Part shown: positions 27,496-37,042 of the stretch, piece after piece
How the letters are laid out: the number at the start of each line of letters is the position of its first letter
Position numbering within the stretch: the stretch's first letter is position 1
NCBI GenBank assembly: GCA_043720595.1
Contig: JAYSSK010000136.1
Location: forward strand, 7,478-71,477
DNA length: 64,000 nucleotides
DNA from: Acidimicrobiia bacterium
GTDB lineage: Bacteria; Actinomycetota; Acidimicrobiia; Acidimicrobiales; JANYDT01
Direction: 5' to 3'
The notes under the pieces: model-generated
What the model saw: only the letters and a program-made list of their open reading frames with translations
Database searches by the model: none
What the model was told of the DNA's origin: nothing
Position numbers and translations under genes: made by a program

Positions 27496-27963
27496 CTACC
27501 GGGCAGATTCGATGCTGGCTTCGATGAGACGCAAGCCCGCCGACAATCGGTTAACCACATTGCTCACGTGATCACCTAGTAGAAGCATTCTGCCGTCGAC
27601 CGTGACGTTGGCCTCGTAGTCCGCATCTCGCCTGGCGTCGAGTGCATCTGCAGCCACAGAAGCGGCAGTTGCCACATCTGCCTGCAGCGACTCAACTGAC
27701 GTATCGGCGCTCGGCTCTGCCGTGCGGGGCGATGTTGCCGACGGTGAGGCTGTCTTTGTGACGGACTCGAGAAGTGATGCCAGGCTCTGCATCTCGGCCA
27801 CAGCAGCGATTACGTGCCCAAGGGCGGAACGGCCGCCAAGTCCTCGGTGTCGTACAAGGCGCTCCCAGGCGTCGTCTCCAACAGGGCCGCTGATGGCCTC
27901 GGAGTACCGACGGGCAAATGAGCGCAGCGCGACGACTGCATCGGGGCGACCAACGAACGACAT
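27496..27963 (-). CDS. Hypothetical helical protein (possibly DinB-like)
   Basis: Clean ORF with TAGCTT-N6-ATG; PDAVVALRSFARRY...SALGHV. Confidence 0.65.
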   Translation of the reverse strand: MSFVGRPDAVVALRSFARRYSEAISGPVGDDAWERLVRHRGLGGRSALGHVIAAVAEMQSLASLLESVTKTASPSATSPRTAEPSADTSVESLQADVATAASVAADALDARRDADYEANVTVDGRMLLLGDHVSNVVNRLSAGLRLIEASIESAR

Positions 27964-28012
27964 CGGTCCAAGCTAACCGCACCACAACTCAATATGGAAA
28001 GAGAGGCGGCGG

Positions 28013-29443
28013 TCAGGCCAGGTTTTCGACGAACTTCTCGAGTTGACGAAGATTTCGGCATTCGAACGCCCCGTCGGTATGGGCGGCATACTCGGAGTGA
28101 ATCGAGTCGCCTGTATCCCAGTAACTGCGAGGTTCGGGGTTCAGCCAATACACGTGACGAGCCCTCTTGGCGATCTCTTTGATGACCCAGGCCTGCGATG
28201 CGTGATAGTTGTTGCGGGCGTCGCCCAACAGCAGGACGGTGGTTTTTGGAGTGATCTCCTTGCCCCACTTCTCCCAGTACACCTCGAACGCGTGGCCGTA
28301 GTCAGAGTGACCGTCGACCCAGATGACGTCGGCTTCAGTATTGACTCGGTGGATGGCCTCGCCGATGTCCTCGCACTTGTCGAAGAACCGGGTTACCTCG
28401 TCGATGCCGTCGATGAACACAAAACTGCGAACCTTCGAAAACTGGTTCTGAATCGCGTACACAAGCTGCAACGTGAAACGGGCGAACGCTGCCACCGAAC
28501 CGGAGATGTCTGCGATGACCACGATCTCTGGCTTGTGTGGCTTGGGGTACTTGAACTTCGGGTCGGCAGGCACTCCGCCGTAACTGAGCGACGTACGGAC
28601 GGTGCGCCGGAAGTCCAGTGGGCCTTTGCGGCCGTGGCGGCGCTTGCGCGCTAGACGAACCGCAAGCTTGCGGGTGAGCGGGAAGATCGCTTTGCGCAGC
28701 GACACCATTTCTTCGCGCGTCGCGTGCATGAAATCGACGTCTTCTGGCAACGGTTTGCGCAACGTCTTGGCCATTGCCTCGGCACCACGGTCGGCCACAA
28801 GACGGCGGCGGATTTCAGCCTCGATCTCTTGACGCATCTGGGTAATACGGCTGTCGAACTCGTCTCGTTCCAGCCGCTCTTCGAGGTCGGTCAGTTCGCC
28901 GCCAGCCTGCTGACGTGACTCTTCCATCAGGCGTTCCAGCATGCCGTCGAGGTCGAGCTGGCGCAACGTGCGGTACAGGTAGTAGGTGCCACCGACCGGG
29001 CGACCCGGTTCCATGCCGCTGAACCGCGTGACCGACGCCTTGGCAAGTGCACGCATCATCTGCTGGTCAGCGTTGAGCAACGCCTGGTAGAGCATCTGAG
29101 CGAGTTCTTCGGGGCTCAGACCCTCCATCCCGCCCTGCGCGTCGGCTTGCATCATCTGGCGGAGTTCCTCGCCGGCCCGGGCCTCGGGATCGAGATCGTC
29201 GAGGTTCTGCAACTCTTTTGCCGACATACCGCGGAGGCTGAAGTACACCTCGAACACCGTCTCGAATGCCCGGTAATGCGACTGGTTCTTCACCATGGTG
29301 CAGCCGAGCGCGGCCTTGAAGGCCCCCCGGTCCTCGAGGGGGATTTCCTTTACGGCCGTCATTGCGTCGATGGTCTCGGTCAGGCTGACCGGGATGCCAG
29401 CGGCGCGCAGTTCGTTGACGAACCCGTTGAGGACGTCGAGCAT
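28013..29443 (-). CDS. CoxE-like VWA domain protein
   Basis: ELRAAGIPVS, LDFRRTVR, MIDAS DISGS, SDYG, LLGDARNN, WLNPE. Confidence 0.92.
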   Translation of the reverse strand: MLDVLNGFVNELRAAGIPVSLTETIDAMTAVKEIPLEDRGAFKAALGCTMVKNQSHYRAFETVFEVYFSLRGMSAKELQNLDDLDPEARAGEELRQMMQADAQGGMEGLSPEELAQMLYQALLNADQQMMRALAKASVTRFSGMEPGRPVGGTYYLYRTLRQLDLDGMLERLMEESRQQAGGELTDLEERLERDEFDSRITQMRQEIEAEIRRRLVADRGAEAMAKTLRKPLPEDVDFMHATREEMVSLRKAIFPLTRKLAVRLARKRRHGRKGPLDFRRTVRTSLSYGGVPADPKFKYPKPHKPEIVVIADISGSVAAFARFTLQLVYAIQNQFSKVRSFVFIDGIDEVTRFFDKCEDIGEAIHRVNTEADVIWVDGHSDYGHAFEVYWEKWGKEITPKTTVLLLGDARNNYHASQAWVIKEIAKRARHVYWLNPEPRSYWDTGDSIHSEYAAHTDGAFECRNLRQLEKFVENLA

Positions 29444-29458
29444 ATTGAACCGTTCGGC

Positions 29459-30352
29459 TTACTTGGTGGACGACAGCTCTTTGGCTGCCTTCGTGATGTC
29501 GGTCTGGTATTTCAGCAGGATGTGCAGCGTCTCTTTGGCCGTCTGGGTGTCGATGTCGTTGACGCCAAGGAGCACAAGGGTGCGGGCCCAGTCCAAGGTC
29601 TCGGAGACGCTCGGGCTCTTCTTCAGCTCGATCTGGCGAATCGAGCGGACGATCCGCACCACCTGATCTGCGAGGTGCTCGGTGATGTCTGGGACACGCG
29701 TCAGCACGATCTCTTTTTCCCGGTCCATCTGGGGGTAGTCGATGTGCAGGAATAGGCACCGCCGCTTGAGGGCCTCGGACAGTTCTCGGGTGTTGTTCGA
29801 TGTGAGAAACACCAAGGGGATCTGCGTTGCCTTGACCGTGCCCAGCTCGGGAATGGACACCTGGTACTCGGACAAGATCTCGAGGAGCAGTGCTTCGGTT
29901 TCCACCTCGACGCGGTCAACTTCGTCGATGAGCAGCACAACCGGGTCTTCTGCCCGAATGGCTTCAAGCAGCGGGCGGGTCATCAGGAAGTCCTCGCCGA
30001 AGATGTCGTCTTCGATGTCGTCCCAGCTGCCACCCTCGCCCTCGGTGACCCGTTGGGCCTGAATGCGCAACAGCTGCTTCTTGTAGTTCCACTCGTACAG
30101 GGCCTTGGACTCGTCGAGACCCTCGTAACACTGAAGGCGGATAAGGCGAGCTCCCAGCATGGCCGCCACCGATTTGGCAAGCTCGGTCTTACCTGTACCG
30201 GCGGGACCTTCCACCAGGATTGGCTTGCCCAGCCGGTCGGCCAGGAAGACCACGCCGGCGATGGAATCGTCGGACAGATAGTTGACGCCTTTGAGCTGTT
30301 CGCGGACGGTCTGCGGAGATTCGAAGCGGTGTTCAGTCGGGTGGTCGTTCAC
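29459..30352 (-). CDS. MoxR/CoxD-like AAA ATPase
   Basis: EGPAGTGKT, RLQCYEGLD, LLIDEVD, TSNNTRELSEALKRRC; GTG 30352 chosen as start. Confidence 0.94.
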   Translation of the reverse strand: MNDHPTEHRFESPQTVREQLKGVNYLSDDSIAGVVFLADRLGKPILVEGPAGTGKTELAKSVAAMLGARLIRLQCYEGLDESKALYEWNYKKQLLRIQAQRVTEGEGGSWDDIEDDIFGEDFLMTRPLLEAIRAEDPVVLLIDEVDRVEVETEALLLEILSEYQVSIPELGTVKATQIPLVFLTSNNTRELSEALKRRCLFLHIDYPQMDREKEIVLTRVPDITEHLADQVVRIVRSIRQIELKKSPSVSETLDWARTLVLLGVNDIDTQTAKETLHILLKYQTDITKAAKELSSTK

Positions 30353-30525
30353 AGTCTTTAACCCTAGAGGCTCCTTGACCGCGCGGTCGATTCGGCGAGG
30401 TTCAGCTGCCACTTTCAGGCCCAGTACTCCCGAAGCTGTCCCTGCCCGCAAAGTAGCAATTCACTTGGCTGATCGACACCATCGACGAACTTGCCGCCAC
30501 TGGCAAGGAACTGGTCTGGCTTCAC

Positions 30526-31671
30526 TTAGGTTTGATGATCGACAGGGCTCGCAGCCTCTGGGTAAAGACCCGGCATCAGGACGGCAAGCGCCTCTACGGG
30601 AAATCGAAACTCGATCGGACTTCGGTGGCTCGTGGCGTGCAAAAGTCCGTGTTGGATGGCGGCGCTTATCGCAGCGCGAGCGGTGCGCTCTTCGAGGCCT
30701 GTCAAGGTCAGAACATCACGTCGGGTTGTCCGTCCAGCGACGAAGACATGGTGTAGCGGTAGCGCAAGCTCGGGCCGGATGCCGGGCTTTGTATGCGACC
30801 AGATACCGACCAACGCGTCGATCCGTGCCCGGATCGTGTCGAGTCGCAACAAGTCGGCCATGAAAGTCACCTGATCGGCGGCACGGTCGACAAACCAATC
30901 ACACCACTGAACGAGACCCGATGCGGACCGTGAACCTCGGCCATCGAGATCTCCCTGCCGGGGATCGTCGGCCCGGTCGAGTAGGCGGTAGTACTCGTCC
31001 CGCGAACGTGCCAATGCCCGTGTGGCCGACCACAGACCACGAGTGATCGGGTACAACGCCAACGACGTTTGCATTCGCACCGCCCGCCCATTGCCGTCTA
31101 CAAAGGGGTGAACCCATAGGAACCGGTGATGCGCTGCGGCCGCAACGACGAGAAACTCCGCTGCTGGCCGGCCTGCGGAGTAGATCGATTCGCAGCGTTG
31201 AAGGCATTCCATCACGATCGAAGCCGACGGCGGGACATGACGGCCAACAGCCACCTCAGACTGACGAATTCCAGTTGGTGCCGACGGATCATCGGCGAAC
31301 AAGCTGCCGTGAATCCCAACCAGGGCGGAAGCGGTTAAGGCTTGCGGTCCTTGTATCGACGCGGCTAATCGTGACTCAGCGTCAATGTGTTTGCGTGCGA
31401 GGTGCTGCAGCCGAGCGGTCTCTGGCTCCGTGGAATAGTCCGAACGAAGCGCGCGTTCGACATTGAGCGGATGGGTACCGTGACCCTCAATCCGATTGGA
31501 GTAATAGGAATTCATCGACCGGGTGAGATCCGCAAGTGCAGCCACGGTCTCGGCAGCGCCCCACCCGGCTAACACGTCGGCCTGGGCAACCACCAGCTCG
31601 GCCTTCCCCACGAGTCGCTCCCAGTCAGCGCCCGTGGGCAGCAGCGGTTCCATGAGCCGAGGTGAATCCAC
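30526..31671 (-). CDS. Fic family protein (class II-like)
   Basis: HPFVDGNGRAVR catalytic motif; N-terminal SNRIEG inhibitory motif; C-terminal HTH-like segment. Confidence 0.92.
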   Translation of the reverse strand: MDSPRLMEPLLPTGADWERLVGKAELVVAQADVLAGWGAAETVAALADLTRSMNSYYSNRIEGHGTHPLNVERALRSDYSTEPETARLQHLARKHIDAESRLAASIQGPQALTASALVGIHGSLFADDPSAPTGIRQSEVAVGRHVPPSASIVMECLQRCESIYSAGRPAAEFLVVAAAAHHRFLWVHPFVDGNGRAVRMQTSLALYPITRGLWSATRALARSRDEYYRLLDRADDPRQGDLDGRGSRSASGLVQWCDWFVDRAADQVTFMADLLRLDTIRARIDALVGIWSHTKPGIRPELALPLHHVFVAGRTTRRDVLTLTGLEERTARAAISAAIQHGLLHATSHRSPIEFRFPVEALAVLMPGLYPEAASPVDHQT

Positions 31672-31908
31672 CTCGCAACCGTATCATCTGCCGGTTACGC
31701 AATTCCTCTTGTCGCTTATACCTAAGGGTCTGAAGGTGGCACCTTAGGTCGAATATTGCCGGTTCATGTTCCGATTCAGTTACCGGTTCGAATCCTCCAA
31801 CCTGGAACAGCGCCTGGATCAGATTGAGGATGCTGGTGTGTCGTGGGCGATTGATGCGCTCTACTGGGCCTTTCACGTTGTTCAACGCTCGTCGACTTCC
31901 GAACGCGA

Positions 31909-31935
31909 CAAGGCCCGCCTTTCGGGCGGGCCTTG
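31909..31935 (-). terminator. Hairpin terminator downstream of the Liv-type ABC operon
   Basis: Perfect 11-bp stem CAAGGCCCGCC/GGCGGGCCTTG with 5-nt loop, 40 nt after the SBP stop. Confidence 0.7.
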
Positions 31936-31975
31936 ATCAGCTTTTCGGCTCAGAACTGCAAGAGGCGAAGCGATA

Positions 31976-33385
31976 TCAGCGCTTGTATTCCTTGTTTAGC
32001 GGTGAATCGAACGACTTGATCATGGAGATTCCACCGGCAGTGGAAATGTCGGCTTTGCCGATCCACACGTTGGTGGGGGCGACACGCTGAGAGGGGGTGG
32101 TGTAGTTCCACGCTGGGTAGACGCCACCGTGATCAACTGTTCCGAGCGTTGCGAGTGCTTTGGCCATGCCGGCAGGCGACACGTCATTGTTGGCAACAGC
32201 CTTTTCCAGCAGCGCAACGACGGAACGAGCCTGCGCCCAGCCCCACAACGTGGCGGGGTTCACCGCACCGACGTACTCAGGTGCGTACTTGGTGATGTCG
32301 GCAACGTGATCTTTCATGCCGGCGATCTTCGGATCGGCCCACTGGGCGCCGTCACCGACGATGATCACCTGGTCTCCGAACAGCTTCGAGTTGGCTGGCG
32401 TCACACGACGGCTGGCGAAGCTTGGGGACGACGACAGATAGATTGGGTTATACCCAATCTTGTCGCCGGCACTGAGCAGAGCTGGCATGTGGAGCTCGCC
32501 TGAGATTGCGTTGGCGACAGCGTCGCACTTGGCATCTTTCAGCTGCTGGGCGGTTGCATCGGGTGTGGAATAGCGGAACTTGCCACCGTTCTTGAAGGTG
32601 ATCTTCTTGGAGACGAACTCGTAGCCCTCTTCGAACGCGACGCCGTATGGGTTCGGAGCGATGGTCAGCGCACAGATGGTCTTGCCTGCGCCGCCGCCTT
32701 CCTTGATGTACCAATCGACGACGTTGATGGCATGAGCCTGGTAAGTGGTCCCGACTGGGAGGAACTGGTCGCCAATGACCCATTCGCCGTCGAGCGACAC
32801 CGGTGAGGCGATCAAGGTGTCACGCTTCAGCGCGTCACGCAGCGCCTGAGTAAGTGGCGTGCCGTATATCTGGCCGATAACGACAGAGGTGTCTTTGAGC
32901 TCGTTGTAACGCTTGCCAGCTTCGGCAGCGTCGTAGTACGTCTCTTTGAAGTCGACGTTGATCCGGTACTTGCCCGCAATTCCGCCAGCATCGTTGATGC
33001 GTGAGATGTACGAGGTGTACCCGGCCGTGAGGGCCTTGCCGCCGTCGGCGAACAGCGCCGAGCTAGGGAACTGTGGGTTGGTGGCGACGCTGCCGAGATA
33101 GCCGACGTTGAGAACCTTCCCGTCGAAGCCGCGAGCGACGGCCAAACCGGCCGCTGCCGGGGCCGCTGCACCAGCGACTGCCTTGGCTGTGGTTGGCGCA
33201 GCCGCTTGCTTCTGGTAGGTGCGCTTCTTGCCGACCTGCTTGCAGATGAGGGTGTCTTTCACCTCGCCCACCTTCTTGCAGCTCTGGTTGATTTTCACTG
33301 CGGCGCCGGCTGGTGCGACCCCGAGCAACGCGACAGCCGTGGCGGCTCCGGTGAGCGCACCGATCGTTCGCAGGTTTTTCTTCAT
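31976..33385 (-). CDS. Liv-type (HAAT) ABC substrate-binding protein
   Basis: Signal peptide; RINDAGGIAGKY, QIYGTP; last gene of a livF-livG-x-livH-livM operon. Confidence 0.85.
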   Translation of the reverse strand: MKKNLRTIGALTGAATAVALLGVAPAGAAVKINQSCKKVGEVKDTLICKQVGKKRTYQKQAAAPTTAKAVAGAAAPAAAGLAVARGFDGKVLNVGYLGSVATNPQFPSSALFADGGKALTAGYTSYISRINDAGGIAGKYRINVDFKETYYDAAEAGKRYNELKDTSVVIGQIYGTPLTQALRDALKRDTLIASPVSLDGEWVIGDQFLPVGTTYQAHAINVVDWYIKEGGGAGKTICALTIAPNPYGVAFEEGYEFVSKKITFKNGGKFRYSTPDATAQQLKDAKCDAVANAISGELHMPALLSAGDKIGYNPIYLSSSPSFASRRVTPANSKLFGDQVIIVGDGAQWADPKIAGMKDHVADITKYAPEYVGAVNPATLWGWAQARSVVALLEKAVANNDVSPAGMAKALATLGTVDHGGVYPAWNYTTPSQRVAPTNVWIGKADISTAGGISMIKSFDSPLNKEYKR

Positions 33386-33573
33386 CTGACTCCCTCAAGG
33401 GTGGGTGGGTTGGTACGTGACGACTCGAAAGCCGCCACAAGCTGCGGATGCGCAGCCGATGCGACACAGGTCACACCGTTCATTCAAGCAGATCGTGGGC
33501 TAAATGAAGCGAATCTGAGACTGTCCGGTGATCATGAAACGTTGACAAGGCGATTGGTCGGCAGCTGAGACGC

Positions 33574-34887
33574 TCAACCAAGCGGCCAGGTTGCAAACGT
33601 CCGCTTGACCTTCCGCCAGATGCCCACGAGGCCCTCGGGGTAACGGATCAGGAACACGATCAGCAGCACGCCCCACAGAATTGTGGTGAAACGGTCGATG
33701 GTGAGGCCGCGTTTGGCCGGATCGGCCTGGATGAATGGAAGCTTGTCGGTGAACCAATCTTGAAAGTGCAACAGCACTTCAGGAAGGAAGGCGTAAATCA
33801 TCGCCCCGAGGATGGAGCCGGTAACGGTACCCACACCGCCAATCACGATCATCGTGACGAACGCAATAGAAAAGGCGAGGTTGAACGATGACTCGTTGAC
33901 GTGGTCGAACAGTGAGCCGTAGAGGGCACCCGCCAACGCGCCGAACGCGCCAGAGATGGCAAAGGCCCATGTCTTCGTGTACATCTGCCGCACGCCTATA
34001 ACTTCCGCAGACAGATCGCGGTCGCGAACGGCCATCATGGCTCGCCCTTGGCGACTGCGCAGGAGGTTCCGGGCGAGGATGGCTGCGATGACCACGAAGA
34101 ACCAGACGCCCCAGAAATAGCCGGGTTTGTCGGTCGGGCTGCCCGAGTCGTTCGCGAAGAAAATCGAATCGAAGAACGTTGTTGCGCCGTCGTCGGCACG
34201 CAATTGCAAGTTCTTGTTGGGGAAAATGGTGAAATCCAGTGCCGGAAGGGTGCGGGGGTTTCCTTCGCCGCCGGTCATGCCCATCCAGTTCTTGATGAGG
34301 TGCTGAGCACCGAGAACCAAGACCAACGACACGATGGCCAAGTAGTTGCCACGGAGTCTCAGTGCGAACGGTCCGATTGCTGCGGCCACAAGTCCGCCAA
34401 CTACCGCAGCAAGGAGCAGGACCAAGAGGCCGTGGAATCGGCCCCCGGCGTGCATCAGGCCCCGTTCTTCAGAGGAAGACACCGATCTTCCGAAGTAGCC
34501 GAGTGCGAACGACCCGGTTGCCACGAAAGCGGAGTGCCCGAGCGAGATCTGCCCGGTGTTGCCGATGAGCAGGTTCAACCCTATGGCTGCGATTGAGTAG
34601 ATCCCGGCCAAACAGCCGACGAGTAACCATTTGTCGGTAAAGGGCACCCCGGGGATGAGCGTCTTCGGGAGGTGGACTCCACCGAGACCGAACCACGACA
34701 TACCAGCCGGAAGCGACGCAGCAATCACGATGCCGACGAGGAGGGACCACTTGCGTCCGTTGAACCTGAACTGGCGGAGATCGTCGCCGTAGTCCGACGC
34801 GAGCGAGAAGCGGTCTCGCCGTCCGAGCCAAGTGACAACACCTACTGCCACCAGAACAAGGATGATGCCGAATAAAGCACCGCTCAT
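33574..34887 (-). CDS. Liv-type ABC permease (LivM-like)
   Basis: GLNLLIGNTGQISLGH, LRLRGNYLAI, GRAMMAVRD, IGGVG. Confidence 0.93.
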   Translation of the reverse strand: MSGALFGIILVLVAVGVVTWLGRRDRFSLASDYGDDLRQFRFNGRKWSLLVGIVIAASLPAGMSWFGLGGVHLPKTLIPGVPFTDKWLLVGCLAGIYSIAAIGLNLLIGNTGQISLGHSAFVATGSFALGYFGRSVSSSEERGLMHAGGRFHGLLVLLLAAVVGGLVAAAIGPFALRLRGNYLAIVSLVLVLGAQHLIKNWMGMTGGEGNPRTLPALDFTIFPNKNLQLRADDGATTFFDSIFFANDSGSPTDKPGYFWGVWFFVVIAAILARNLLRSRQGRAMMAVRDRDLSAEVIGVRQMYTKTWAFAISGAFGALAGALYGSLFDHVNESSFNLAFSIAFVTMIVIGGVGTVTGSILGAMIYAFLPEVLLHFQDWFTDKLPFIQADPAKRGLTIDRFTTILWGVLLIVFLIRYPEGLVGIWRKVKRTFATWPLG

Positions 34888-35825
34888 ACTCGCCGCACCT
34901 CCTCGGTACCGAAGAAGCCCGAAGGTCGTACGAGCAAGATCACGAGCATGAGCAGGTAGGGGGTGAGCTGGAAGAACCCGCTGCCCAGGCTCGATTCAAA
35001 CCGAGGTTGGTACCCCGCTGCTACCTGTTCGACAATGCCGATCAGCAGCCCGCCGGCAAGTGCGCCTTCGACGCTGTCGATACCACCGAGCACGATGGCC
35101 GGGAAGCCGACCAGCGCAAACAGGGTGATGGACGTGTCGACCTGGCGATCAGGGCCGGACGCAAGCAGAATGCCTGCCAGCGCAGCGATCGCAGCAGCAA
35201 TTGCCCACGACATGGCGAAGATGAAGTTGGCGCTGATTCCCTGCGCCATTGCTGCTTCCTGGTCAGCCGCTGTGGCACGCATGGCAGTACCGATGCGAGT
35301 CTTCTTGAAGAAGATGAAGAACACGGTGGCAACGGTCAGTGCTGCGAACAAGGTGAACACGTCGACGCGACGGATGGAAACGCCTTCGATACCGAGTTTG
35401 ACAGAGTCACCTTCGAACGGGTTGCGTATCGGAAGCGAACTAGAGCCCCAGAGGATCTGAGCACCGACGTCGAGGATGATGCCGACGCCCAGGGTGGCCA
35501 TGATTGCAGCGAACACCGGGCGACCACGGAACCTGCGCACGATGAAGCGTTCCATCAACATGCCGACGCCGGCAGCAAGCAGCATTGCCAACGGCACGGC
35601 AATCCAGTACGGCAACGTTGCGATGTACCAGCTTGGAGTGAAGTTCACACCAGGGACCGGCCCGGAGAACAGGTACACCAGGTAGCCGCCTAGCCCCATG
35701 ATGGCACCCTGTGCAAAATTCAGCACGTGGGTGGCCCGGTAGACGATCACGAAACCGAGTGCGATCAACGCGTAGATGGCACCACGCGAAATACCAGCCA
35801 CCAAGTAATTGAGGAAATTGGTCAT
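34884..35825 (-). CDS. Liv-type ABC permease (LivH-like)
   Basis: GAIYALIALGF, VLNFAQG, GTAMRATA.D, RPSGFFG. Confidence 0.93.
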   Translation of the reverse strand: MTNFLNYLVAGISRGAIYALIALGFVIVYRATHVLNFAQGAIMGLGGYLVYLFSGPVPGVNFTPSWYIATLPYWIAVPLAMLLAAGVGMLMERFIVRRFRGRPVFAAIMATLGVGIILDVGAQILWGSSSLPIRNPFEGDSVKLGIEGVSIRRVDVFTLFAALTVATVFFIFFKKTRIGTAMRATAADQEAAMAQGISANFIFAMSWAIAAAIAALAGILLASGPDRQVDTSITLFALVGFPAIVLGGIDSVEGALAGGLLIGIVEQVAAGYQPRFESSLGSGFFQLTPYLLMLVILLVRPSGFFGTEEVRRV

Positions 35826-37042
35826 GAAGCCTTCCCAGCGACAGAGGTGAGATCAACAAGAGGTACGCGAAGTGCACCCAGCAACTCAGCGCCGCCGCGT
35901 TCGGCGTCGACAACGGCCCGCACTCGGGCCAATCCGAGTTGGCGTCGTAGCGGATCGACAACAGCAGCACCGGTGAGCACCGCCACCACCGCAGCAACGA
36001 GGAACACCAGTAGCACAACGGCGATTCGGAGTGGGTCTGGAAGATTGGCCGAGAGCAACAGCCACACGACAGCAGCTGCAAGGCCCGCCAGGCCGACGAG
36101 GCGCAGCAATGCCAGCCGAGGAACTCGCATCACACCAGACGGCTCCGACGGTTTGAACCCGGTTCGAAGCGCCCACTTCCGCAGACCTGTTGCCTGGTCC
36201 ACTTTGTTGTTTACCCCGGTGGAAACGTAGTCGAGGAAACCGCGAATGGGGTGAAAAACAGTCGGTTGAACAGCTGTCAGTTCAGCCTGCGCAAGCGGGC
36301 CACCTTCGCCGATCGCCACGACAGCGCCTGTCTCCAGTGCGCCGATGAGCGACAGAGCCCGTTCGGTTTCACCGGCCAGCGAGGCTTGGGACAGCAACCG
36401 ATCTTTGGGGCCAAGTTGCACAGCTGTGGCAAGGGTCCGAGCCGCGGCGATGACGTCGTCGTGGGTGCGCCTTGTGCCGTTGACAACAATGGCTTCATCT
36501 GACCCTGTCACCGCTGCAACACCGGTGGACCAGGTCGAGGCCGTCCCCATACCCCGCAGATGCGCAAATGTCAGCGTGCTAGCTGAATCGGGCCGGTCTG
36601 CGGCGTCAAGGCTTCGAACTCCACGTGTGTTGTTGACCACCAAAAAGCGGATGGCGCTGAGTTCTCCGAGGCGTCGCCGTTCGTCAACCTTGTCAAACTG
36701 CTCTTGGTCGCCGCACAGAACCGCAACTGCACCGGACGCAGCGAACTCCGCAGCGACAGCGTCTTGCGGCAGAAACGGGTCGAGCGGCGCAACGACTGCA
36801 CCAATACCTTGAATTGCCAAGTACGAAGCAATCCACGAAGGGTGGTTCGCCATAAGCAAACCAACCACGCTGCCCTTGGAAAGGCCAAGGAAACGCAGGC
36901 CCGCACCGATCTGTGCGGCTTCCTCAACAATCGCCGTCCACGTGACTGGGCGCCACACGCCGAGTTCATGGAAGCGCACGGCGACCGCTGCTGGATGTGA
37001 CGCTGCTCGCTGTTGGGCGAGCGCCGGGGCCGTGGTGGTCAT
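35822..37042 (-). CDS. Degenerate AMP-binding (long-chain acyl-CoA ligase-like) protein with two TM helices
   Basis: N-terminus GVWRPVTW, GLRFLGL..G..V, DQEQFDK resembles FadD; lacks TSGTTG P-loop and C-terminal catalytic subdomain; overlaps both neighbours. Confidence 0.75.
   Translation of the reverse strand: MTTTAPALAQQRAASHPAAVAVRFHELGVWRPVTWTAIVEEAAQIGAGLRFLGLSKGSVVGLLMANHPSWIASYLAIQGIGAVVAPLDPFLPQDAVAAEFAASGAVAVLCGDQEQFDKVDERRRLGELSAIRFLVVNNTRGVRSLDAADRPDSASTLTFAHLRGMGTASTWSTGVAAVTGSDEAIVVNGTRRTHDDVIAAARTLATAVQLGPKDRLLSQASLAGETERALSLIGALETGAVVAIGEGGPLAQAELTAVQPTVFHPIRGFLDYVSTGVNNKVDQATGLRKWALRTGFKPSEPSGVMRVPRLALLRLVGLAGLAAAVVWLLLSANLPDPLRIAVVLLVFLVAAVVAVLTGAAVVDPLRRQLGLARVRAVVDAERGGAELLGALRVPLVDLTSVAGKAS

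Noticed and set aside
28013-30352. CoxD/CoxE-like pair as evidence of CO dehydrogenase
   Set aside because: No coxLMS in the window; this MoxR/VWA pair is a conserved neighbour of proA-nadD in actinobacteria.
31785-31795. GGTTCGAATCC as a tRNA fragment or attR partner of tRNA-Ala
   Set aside because: Only 11 bp match, the T-stem does not pair, and no acceptor-arm sequence or integrase is present.
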